Assembly: GCA_964607765.1 (NCBI GenBank)
Contig: CAZSNT010000010.1
Location: forward strand, 27,049 to 91,048
Length of the DNA: 64,000 nt
Origin: an uncultured Victivallales bacterium
GTDB taxonomy: Bacteria > Verrucomicrobiota > Lentisphaeria > Oligosphaerales > JABHEG01
Direction of reading: 5' to 3'
The notes beneath the pieces were generated by a model. It was not told where the DNA came from. It searched no databases and saw only the letters and a list, made by a program, of their open reading frames with translations. The position numbers were made by a program, and so were the translations under genes. Positions 46,538 to 54,192 of this stretch are shown here, piece after piece. Each line of letters opens with the position of its first letter. Position 1 is the first letter of the stretch.

Positions 46538-47941
46538 GTGACTACGCCAACCACCAATCTTGGGACGGTGGACGCATCCATCGTCGTTGTGTGCCTCCTC
46601 GCTGTTCTGGTGGCGGGGTTGGCTTTGGCCGGGAGGGCCAGGACGGAGGCCGAGTTCGCGGTGGCCGGACGACGCCTCTCTGCGCGGGTGATGGGGCTGT
46701 CAGTGTTCGTCTCATGGGTGGGACTCGCGGGGTTGTTCGGGACGCCGGAGAACGTGTACAAGTTCGGGCTCTCCGGCATGTGGTGGTTCCAGGCGTGGCT
46801 CCCCGGTGCGTTGCTGATGGCTTGCCTGCTGGCCACACGCCTGCGCGCCCGGTCGCACACCACCGTTTCCGAAGTCATCGCGGCCCATTCCGGGCCGTCC
46901 GCCCGCGTCGCGGCTTCGCTGGTCACATCCTGGAACTACCTGGCCTGGGTCGCCGTACAGGTCTTCGCCCTCGGCACGATTCTCGGGATGTGCACACCTG
47001 TCGGCTCGACTGCCGGCGTTGTGATTGCGTTCCTGATTGTGGTTGCCTACACATTGAGCGGCGGACTGCCGGCGGTCGTGGTCACGGACGTGTTCCAAGG
47101 CGTTGTTGTCATCGGCGTCATTCTCGTCATCGCACCCGTGATGGGACTGGTGCACGCCGGCGGTTGGAATGAGGTGATGCAGCACACGCGCGATATTCCG
47201 GAGTTCTACACGTTGTTCAGAGGAGCGGGGACCAAGACCCTCACCGTGTGGTTCTTAAGCCTGGTCCCAGCCGCTTTCATCGATCCGGGTGGACTGCAGA
47301 AGGTCTTTGCCGCCAGTGCGCCGGCGACAGCGAAACGTGGGCTTCTTCTGAGTGCGCTCCTGTATTTCCTCCTTGGCTTGTCGATCACGCTCCTTGGAGT
47401 TGTGGCACGCGCCCTATTACCCGCGATTGACCCTCAACAGGCCATGCCAGCCGTGCTCCTGCGCGTGTTACCTACGGGGCTCAAAGGCCTAGCGATCGTG
47501 GCCTTCCTCGGTGCGGCCATGTCGACGGCAGACACGGCGCTCGTGGTGGTGGCGACCACCTTGCAGCGCGACCTCTACACGCCACTCCGCGGCGACATAA
47601 GCGAACGCGAGCGTTTGCTCGTCTCACGTGTTCTGGTTCTGCTGTTCGGCCTGGCCGCTTTGTTCATCGCTTTGACCGCGAAAGGGGTTGTGGCTATTCT
47701 ACTGATGGGCTTTGCCCTGTATGTGCCGGGTCTGTTGCTGCCCATGCTCGCGGCGTCGTTCGGCTGGCGCCTGTGCCGGGGAACTGCGTGTGCAACGATC
47801 TGTGTCGGGGCCGGCAGCGCAGCGCTCTGGACCGCACTGAAGGAGCCGTTCGTGCCGGCCATTGTGGCCGGGCTGGCTGCCTCGCTGGTCCCGTTCCTGT
47901 GCGGCCGATTCGTCCGTCTGAAGACGGGAGACGCCAAGTGA
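46538..47941 (+). CDS. Sodium:solute symporter (SLC5/SSS) family transporter
   Basis: About 12-13 transmembrane helices; EFAVAGRRL, YTLSGGLPAVVVTDVFQ, QKVFAA and AAMSTADT. Confidence 0.9.
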   Translation: MTTPTTNLGTVDASIVVVCLLAVLVAGLALAGRARTEAEFAVAGRRLSARVMGLSVFVSWVGLAGLFGTPENVYKFGLSGMWWFQAWLPGALLMACLLATRLRARSHTTVSEVIAAHSGPSARVAASLVTSWNYLAWVAVQVFALGTILGMCTPVGSTAGVVIAFLIVVAYTLSGGLPAVVVTDVFQGVVVIGVILVIAPVMGLVHAGGWNEVMQHTRDIPEFYTLFRGAGTKTLTVWFLSLVPAAFIDPGGLQKVFAASAPATAKRGLLLSALLYFLLGLSITLLGVVARALLPAIDPQQAMPAVLLRVLPTGLKGLAIVAFLGAAMSTADTALVVVATTLQRDLYTPLRGDISERERLLVSRVLVLLFGLAALFIALTAKGVVAILLMGFALYVPGLLLPMLAASFGWRLCRGTACATICVGAGSAALWTALKEPFVPAIVAGLAASLVPFLCGRFVRLKTGDAK

Positions 47942-49923
47942 AAGACGCCGACAAGACCAAGGCGCAGCTGATCGCGGAGCTGGCGCAATTTCGCGCTCTG
48001 GTCTCCGAGGCGGGACTCGACTCACGTGATCCGGCGAATGTCCCGCACCAGCGGCCACCGCTGCCCATCGACTCATTCGAGCGCAGGTATCTCGATCTCA
48101 TCCAGCGGAACCGCGACGGCTATGCCCTGCTGGACATGGATGGCGGGTTCGTGCTCTGCAATCCCGCCTACCGCCAGATGCTCGGCTATGCCGAGGAGGA
48201 GCTCCGGGAGTGCACCTACGCGGACATCACGCCCGAAGAGTGGCATGCAGCGGACGAAACGGGCCTCCAACAGATGCTGCAGCTGGGGCACTGCGACCTG
48301 TACGAGAAGGAGTACCGCCGCAAGGACGGCACGCTGTTCCCCGTCGAGATCCAGTCCTACCTGATCAGGGACAGCGACGGCGGGCCCACCGGCATGTGGT
48401 CGTTTGTGCGAGACATCACTGAGCGCAAAGAGACAGACCAATCCCTGCACAAAGCCAATCGCGCTCTGAGGATGCTCAGTGACTGCAACCGCGTTGTGGC
48501 GCGAAGCGCTGAGGAGCGGTCGCTGCTGGTCGAGGCGTGTCGCCTGGTCATCGAGGTCGGCGGCTACCGTCTCGCGTGGATCGGGCTCGCGGAGAATGAC
48601 ACGCGTCGGACGGTCCGCCCTGTGGCGCAGGCGGGGTATGGGGGCGGCTACCTGGACACCGTCGACATCACCTGGAGCGACACTGAGCGCGGCCGTGGCC
48701 CGACCGGCACCGCCATCCGGACAGGCAGACCGGTCGCGTGCCGCGACATCCTGAGCGATCCAGATTATCGACCATGGCGAGAAAGCGCGCGGGCGCGAGG
48801 GTACGCGTCCTCGATAGCCCTGCCCCTTGTTGTGGACGATGCGACACTGGGGGCCCTCAACATCTATGCCGAGGAGACTGATGCGTTCGATGCCGGGGAG
48901 GTCGAGCTGCTCGTGGAGCTTGCCGACGACCTCGCTCTCGGCGTGTCATCGCTGCGCCACCGGGCCGAGCGCCGGCGGGCGGAAGAGCAGGTTGCGGCGC
49001 TACATGACCGCTTCAAGAAGATTGCCGCCAATGTGCCTGGGACAATCTACCAATTCTGCCTACGGCCCGATGGAACGTTCTTTGTTCCCTATGCCAGTGA
49101 GGGCTTCCGGGACATCTACGAACTGTCACCCGATGATGTCAAGGAAGATGCCTCGCCTGTCTTCGACCTCGTGCATCCTGAGGATCGTGAGCGCGTCACA
49201 TGGGGCGTTGCGGAGTCCGGGGAACAGCTCACTCCCGGGCATGAGGAGAACAGAGTCGTTCGGCCGTCGGGCGGGACAATCTGGGTGGAAGGCGACTCCA
49301 CCCCGCAGAAACTCGAGGACGGCACCATCGTCTGGCATGGATACATGAGGGACATTTCTGCACGCAAACAGGCGGACGAGGAACTGAATCGGGCGGCGCG
49401 TCAATGGCAGGCGACCTTCGATGCAGTTGAGGACGGGGTGGCCCTGATCGAAGTGGACGGCACGCTGCTGCGGTGCAACCGGGGCATGGAGCAGCTCTTC
49501 GATGAGCACCAAGATAAGATGGTGGGCAGGAAGTGCTGGGAGGTCGTGCATGGCACGTCCGAGCCGGTCGAGGGCTGTCCGGGGTTGCGCACGCGCGAGA
49601 CGCTGCGTCGCGAATCGATGGAGCTGGCGCGAGATGGACAATGGCTTGAGATCACGGTCGACCCTCTGCTCGGCCCCGAGGGCAAGCTCATCGGCGCCGT
49701 GCACGTTGTCAGCGACATCACCGAGCGCAAGCAGGCGGAAGCGGAATTGGCCCGCCACCGCGAGGATCTGGAAGAGGAGGTCCACGAGCGGACCCGGGAG
49801 CTCCGGACAATCGTGAATGCCATGGCGGGACGTGAGGTGCGTATGGCCGAGTTGAAAGATGAGATTGCGGGTATGAGGGAGCGCGTTCGAGAGCTGGAGG
49901 GGCAAGCATCACCTGATGGATAG
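47938..49923 (+). CDS. Cytoplasmic PAS-GAF-PAS-PAS sensor protein with C-terminal coiled coil and no catalytic output domain
   Basis: Start re-called at GTG 47938 (GTGA overlap, GGGAG RBS). KTKAQLIAEL coil, three DIT/DIS-ERK PAS ends, GAF (GRGPTGTAIRTG...SSIALPL...GALNIY), ends ERTRELR...MAGREVRMAELKDEI. Confidence 0.88.
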   Translation: MKDADKTKAQLIAELAQFRALVSEAGLDSRDPANVPHQRPPLPIDSFERRYLDLIQRNRDGYALLDMDGGFVLCNPAYRQMLGYAEEELRECTYADITPEEWHAADETGLQQMLQLGHCDLYEKEYRRKDGTLFPVEIQSYLIRDSDGGPTGMWSFVRDITERKETDQSLHKANRALRMLSDCNRVVARSAEERSLLVEACRLVIEVGGYRLAWIGLAENDTRRTVRPVAQAGYGGGYLDTVDITWSDTERGRGPTGTAIRTGRPVACRDILSDPDYRPWRESARARGYASSIALPLVVDDATLGALNIYAEETDAFDAGEVELLVELADDLALGVSSLRHRAERRRAEEQVAALHDRFKKIAANVPGTIYQFCLRPDGTFFVPYASEGFRDIYELSPDDVKEDASPVFDLVHPEDRERVTWGVAESGEQLTPGHEENRVVRPSGGTIWVEGDSTPQKLEDGTIVWHGYMRDISARKQADEELNRAARQWQATFDAVEDGVALIEVDGTLLRCNRGMEQLFDEHQDKMVGRKCWEVVHGTSEPVEGCPGLRTRETLRRESMELARDGQWLEITVDPLLGPEGKLIGAVHVVSDITERKQAEAELARHREDLEEEVHERTRELRTIVNAMAGREVRMAELKDEIAGMRERVRELEGQASPDG

Positions 49924-51481
49924 GCATGAGGCACCAATCAAGAGCTCCTCGGCTCGGTGTCGCCTCACGATGACGCGTGCTGGATACGCGGGCTCCGCCC
50001 GAGGCGCGTGCGCGCTGCCGCTCATATTCGCAACGTTTGTGCTCCTTCTCGCTGCTGCCGAGACAGCGGCACTCGACCCGGCTGAGGTCGCCCCGGCGTC
50101 GGCGCCAGCCGCTCCGGAAGCGGTCCTCGTGGCACGCGGCAACCACGCCTACCCGCCCTACGAGTTCATTGACGAGAAGGGGGATCCTGCTGGTTTCGGG
50201 GTGGAACTGATGCAGGGCGTGGCTCGGGTCATGGGACTGAGAATCGACATCCGTCTCGGACCGTGGCACGAGGTCCGCATGGACCTCGAGGCGGGCAGGA
50301 TTGACGCCGTGACCGGCATGTTCTTCTCAGCGGAACGAGCGAGGCGGGTGGATTTCTCAACACCGTATATCGTTATCTCTCACGCAGTGTTCGTCCGAAG
50401 CGACTCACAGATCCGCTCGATCGAGGACATCCGCGGGCACGCTGTCATCGTGCAGCGCGGCGACATCATGCACGATTACGCGCGGGAACGCCTCTCGGGA
50501 TGTCGACTCATTGCCGTCCCCGAACAACTCGATGCTCTGCGCCTCCTGGCCTCCGGGGAACATGACTGTGCGCTCCTGCCAAGATTGCAGGGGCTCTACC
50601 ACGCGCGCAACAGCGGCTTGAGCAACGTGCGTGCAGTGGGGCCGCCAATCGAGCCCAAGAAATGCTGCTTTGCCGTAGCGAAAGGGAGAGAGAATCTGGT
50701 AGTTCAGCTAAACGAAGGTCTGGCCATCCTGAGACAGACCGGCGAATATGAGCGGACATTCGAGAAGTGGTTCGGACCGCGGGAGGGGCACAGTCACCTG
50801 CGGCACGTGATCTGGGTCGCCGCCCCCTTGGCCATCCTGTTCCTGTTGGCATTGGCCTGGTCGTGGACGCTGCGTCGGCAGGTAAGGGCCCGTACGGCGG
50901 CGATCGAAGGCGAGCTCAAGGCACGTAGAGAGGCGGAAGAAGAGCGGGATCGCATCCTCGCGCTTTCCCAGGACTTGATATGCGTGGCGGGAATGGACGG
51001 CTTCTTCAAGTACGTCAATCCTGCGTGGGAACAGGTTCTCGGGTACTCGGAAGAGGAATTGCTGACACGACCGTTCCTCGAGTTCATACACCCGGATGAC
51101 CACTCTCGTAACGATGCGGAGGTAGCCCAACTGTCCAACGGACAGAAGACGGTCGGCTTCGAGAACCGGTATGTGTGCCGGGACGGCTCTGTCCGCCACA
51201 TGTCGTGGACAGCAACGCCATTCACCGCGGAAGGCCTCATCTACTGCATCGGCCGGGACGTCACCGACCGGAAGCGTGCGGAGCAGGAACTGGCCAGTCA
51301 CCGTGAGCACCTGGAAGAAGAAGTTGAGAAGCGCACGGCGGAACTGAAGAAGACGGTCGGTCTCATGGCGGGACGTGAGGTCCGTATGGCCGAGTTGAAG
51401 GAGGAGGCGCGGTCACTCAAGAGACTGCTGGCTGAAGACCAGGAACGGGCCGAGCAGCGCGAGTCGGAGGGAGAGGAATGA
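49916..51481 (+). CDS. Membrane sensor: periplasmic amino-acid-binding (SBP family 3) domain + TM + PAS + C-terminal coiled coil, no output domain
   Basis: YPPYEF...GFGVEL...GRIDAV...ERARRVDFSTPY...FAVAKG; TM helix; PAS ending GRDVTDRK; ends KRTAELK...MAGREVRMAELKEEA. Start could be 49970. Confidence 0.87.
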   Translation: MDRHEAPIKSSSARCRLTMTRAGYAGSARGACALPLIFATFVLLLAAAETAALDPAEVAPASAPAAPEAVLVARGNHAYPPYEFIDEKGDPAGFGVELMQGVARVMGLRIDIRLGPWHEVRMDLEAGRIDAVTGMFFSAERARRVDFSTPYIVISHAVFVRSDSQIRSIEDIRGHAVIVQRGDIMHDYARERLSGCRLIAVPEQLDALRLLASGEHDCALLPRLQGLYHARNSGLSNVRAVGPPIEPKKCCFAVAKGRENLVVQLNEGLAILRQTGEYERTFEKWFGPREGHSHLRHVIWVAAPLAILFLLALAWSWTLRRQVRARTAAIEGELKARREAEEERDRILALSQDLICVAGMDGFFKYVNPAWEQVLGYSEEELLTRPFLEFIHPDDHSRNDAEVAQLSNGQKTVGFENRYVCRDGSVRHMSWTATPFTAEGLIYCIGRDVTDRKRAEQELASHREHLEEEVEKRTAELKKTVGLMAGREVRMAELKEEARSLKRLLAEDQERAEQRESEGEE

Positions 51482-53361
51482 CGCGCTCGCGACCCGACAG
51501 TCCGGTCGCCCTTCGGTGGCACGTGTATGTGGCCTTGGGCATCGCCACCGCCGCGATGGTGTGCACGGTGGGCTACTCTCTGCACATGGGCGACCGCGCG
51601 CTGCGCGTGTACGCGCCGTTGATGAACGCGGCCATGGGGATCAAGCTGGAAGCAGCCATCGCCCATCTCTGGTTCGAGGAAATACTCAGTGGGGATCGCC
51701 ATGAGAGCATCGAGGACGTGTGGCAGCACTTGGACCAAGCGGCTTGGTACGCGGATGCGATGCTGGAGGGCGGCGCGAATGAGAAGGGCACGTTCATCGC
51801 GCTTGGCGATCCGGAACTCCGGCGTGAAGTCGAGGGCGTGCGCACCAAGATTGCCCGGTTTCGGACGGTCGCCGAACAGCGCTACGCTTCTCGCGATCGG
51901 GCCAAGGCCGGGACCGGTATCGACCAACGCTTTGACGCCGTGTTCCACGACTTTATGGCTCAGGCTGACGGAGTGGCGCGCGCACTCCGACGACTGATGC
52001 AGGTGCAGAGGCGGAGCTTCCTGGCTATCCAGGCGGGCCTTGGCGTCGCCTACGTCGCGCTGAGCGTGCTTGCCGTCGGCGTGTTGCGCCGCCAGGGCCG
52101 GAGACGCAGGCTGTATTCGCAGGAACTGGGCCGGAACGAGAAGCGTTTGCGGAGCGTCGTGGAGAGCATGCCGGTGATGCTGGACGCCTTCGACGAGAAA
52201 GGGATCCTGCTGACGTGGAACGGGGAGTGCGAACGCGTGACCGGGTATGCGGAAGGCGAATTGGTGGGCAACCCCCGGGCGATGGAGATACTGTATCCCG
52301 ACCCTGACTATCGAGAGAAGATGGTCAAGGCGTGGGCGGAGCGGGGCGACAGTTACCGCGACTGGGAGTGGAACATCACGTGCAAGGACGGCAGCGTCAG
52401 GACCATCGCGTGGTCCAATATTTCTGATGTATTCCCGATCCCCGGTTGGGCAAGCTGGGGAGTCGGTCTGGATGTGACGGGCAGGAAGCGCACGGAGCAG
52501 GAGCTTCGTGACGCACGTGGGGAACTTGGGCAGCGCGTCCGCGAGCGTACGACCGAGCTGCGGGAACGCATCCAGGAGTCTGAGCAGCTGAACCGTGCGA
52601 TGGTGAACCTGCTGGAGGACCACCAGGAGAGCAACCGCAGGCTCAAGGAGGCCAAAGCCGCTCTCGAGTCTGCCAATCGGGAGCTCGAGACCTTCAGCTA
52701 TTCGGTCTCCCACGACCTGCGTGCGCCGCTGCGGGCCGTCGACGGCTTCAGCAAGGCGCTGATGGAGGACTGCGCAGACCGACTGGATAGCGAGGGGCTT
52801 GATTATCTGCAGTGCCTGCGTGAGGCGAGCCAGAACATGGGCCGGCTGATCGACGATTTGCTCGCGCTGTCTCGCGTGGCGCGCGACCCGATGCGCAAGG
52901 AACAGATCGATTTGAGGGAGATTGCCGAGGATGTGGTGTCCGAACTGCGCGAGGACGATCCGGAACGGAACGTCGCGTTCGCCGTGTCCGACGGCCTCTC
53001 GGCGGAGGGGGATCCCGGCCTGATGCGCGTCGTGCTGATGAACCTCCTGGGCAATGCGTGGAAATTCACCCGCGGAACGGAGTCGCCGCAGGTCGAGTTC
53101 GGCGTCACCGGGGAAGGCAACCAGCCCGTGTATCACGTTCGCGACAATGGCGCCGGCTTCGACATGGCTCACGCCAACAAGCTCTTCGGACCGTTCCAGC
53201 GCCTGCATGCGGTCCATGAGTTCGAGGGCTCCGGCATAGGGCTCGCCACCGTGCAGCGCATCGTTCACCGTCACGGCGGGCGCGTGTGGGCCGAGGGCGC
53301 CCCAGGCGAAGGCGCGACGTTCTACTTCACGCTGGCACCGGAGCAGGAGAAAAGCCCATGA
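51478..53361 (+). CDS. Membrane PAS sensor histidine kinase (Cph1/BphP-type HisKA core)
   Basis: Two TM helices, PAS, H-box FSYSVSHDLRAPL, N-box NLLGNAWKF, DNGAGF, F-box LFGPFQRLH and G2 GSGIGLA; ATGA overlap. Confidence 0.95.
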   Translation: MTRSRPDSPVALRWHVYVALGIATAAMVCTVGYSLHMGDRALRVYAPLMNAAMGIKLEAAIAHLWFEEILSGDRHESIEDVWQHLDQAAWYADAMLEGGANEKGTFIALGDPELRREVEGVRTKIARFRTVAEQRYASRDRAKAGTGIDQRFDAVFHDFMAQADGVARALRRLMQVQRRSFLAIQAGLGVAYVALSVLAVGVLRRQGRRRRLYSQELGRNEKRLRSVVESMPVMLDAFDEKGILLTWNGECERVTGYAEGELVGNPRAMEILYPDPDYREKMVKAWAERGDSYRDWEWNITCKDGSVRTIAWSNISDVFPIPGWASWGVGLDVTGRKRTEQELRDARGELGQRVRERTTELRERIQESEQLNRAMVNLLEDHQESNRRLKEAKAALESANRELETFSYSVSHDLRAPLRAVDGFSKALMEDCADRLDSEGLDYLQCLREASQNMGRLIDDLLALSRVARDPMRKEQIDLREIAEDVVSELREDDPERNVAFAVSDGLSAEGDPGLMRVVLMNLLGNAWKFTRGTESPQVEFGVTGEGNQPVYHVRDNGAGFDMAHANKLFGPFQRLHAVHEFEGSGIGLATVQRIVHRHGGRVWAEGAPGEGATFYFTLAPEQEKSP

Positions 53362-53777
53362 AGCGGCGAGCGATCCTTCTGGTTGAAGACAACCCTCACG
53401 ACGTCAAACTCACGCAACGGGCCTTCGGCAAGTGCAACCTGGCCAACGAGATCGCCGTTGCCCGTGACGGACAGGAGGCCCTCGACCTCCTCCATGGGGA
53501 CACGACACGCCCTCTGCCGGCGGTCGTCCTGCTGGACCTGAAGCTGCCGAAAGTGGACGGAATCGAGGTGCTCCAACGGATTCGGGCCAGCGAACGGACG
53601 CAGGCGCTGCCGGTGGTGATCCTGACATCGTCCAAGGAACAGGAGGATGTGGCCGCCAGCTACCGGCACGGCGCAAACAGCTACATCCGCAAGCCGGTGG
53701 ACTTCGATCGATTCGTTGAGGCCGTCGCACAACTTGGGCTCTACTGGCTCGTGCTGAACGAACCGCCGCCGGCATGA
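53358..53777 (+). CDS. Single-domain response regulator (Rcp1-like)
   Basis: Start re-called at MKRRAILLVEDN (ATGA overlap). LLDLKLP (phospho-Asp), LTSS, YIRKP and the C-terminal LYWL..NEPPP typical of Rcp1/CpdR-like partners of this kinase class. Confidence 0.93.
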   Translation: MKRRAILLVEDNPHDVKLTQRAFGKCNLANEIAVARDGQEALDLLHGDTTRPLPAVVLLDLKLPKVDGIEVLQRIRASERTQALPVVILTSSKEQEDVAASYRHGANSYIRKPVDFDRFVEAVAQLGLYWLVLNEPPPA

Positions 53778-53782
53778 TCTTC

Positions 53783-53824
53783 GATTGCGGATTGCGGATT
53801 GCGGATTGCGGATTGCGGATTGCG
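53783..53824. repeat. Heptamer array (GATTGCG)6, left flank of the four-helix-bundle gene
   Basis: Six perfect copies. Confidence 0.95.
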
Positions 53825-53835
53825 CGGAGAGGGAA

Positions 53836-54188
53836 ATGATACCTGAAGCGATGAAGAAGCGGACGAAGCAGTTCGCGCTGCGAGTCATTCGACTGTGTGA
53901 GGCCCTGCCCGAGCCCCCTGTTGCGCGTGTCATCCGTAGTCAGCTTCTGCGTTGTGGTACCAGTGTCGGGCCAACTACCGCGCTGCGTGCAGGGCCAAGT
54001 CGACGGCAGACTTCATCAGCAAGATGGGAACGGTCGAGGAAGAAGCCGACGAGTCCATGTACTGGATGGAGATGATCATCGACGCCGGCCTGATAGCACA
54101 GGAGCTCGTCCGCGATCTGCACCTGGAAGCGGACGAGATCCTCTCCATGATCGTTGCCTCGATCAACACGGCAAAGCACAACAGGTGA
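53836..54188 (+). pseudogene. Four-helix-bundle protein (23S rRNA IVP / Avd-like family), frameshifted
   Basis: MIPEAMKKRTKQFALRVIRLC...QLLRCGTSVG in one frame continues as ANYRAACRAKSTADFISKMGTVEEEADESMYW... in another. One G is missing at GTC-GGG-CC-AAC (53968-53970) relative to the family consensus QLLRSGTSVGANY. Confidence 0.88.
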
Positions 54189-54192
54189 GCGC

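Noticed and set aside
49821-54188. Diversity-generating retroelement (Avd-like gene plus a near-identical 36-bp repeat pair)
   Set aside because: No reverse transcriptase is present. The pair is short, both copies are coding, and the single mismatch is G/C rather than adenine-specific.
53836-54188. 23S rRNA gene with an intervening sequence
   Set aside because: The flanks are protein-coding signalling genes, and no rRNA-like sequence is seen.
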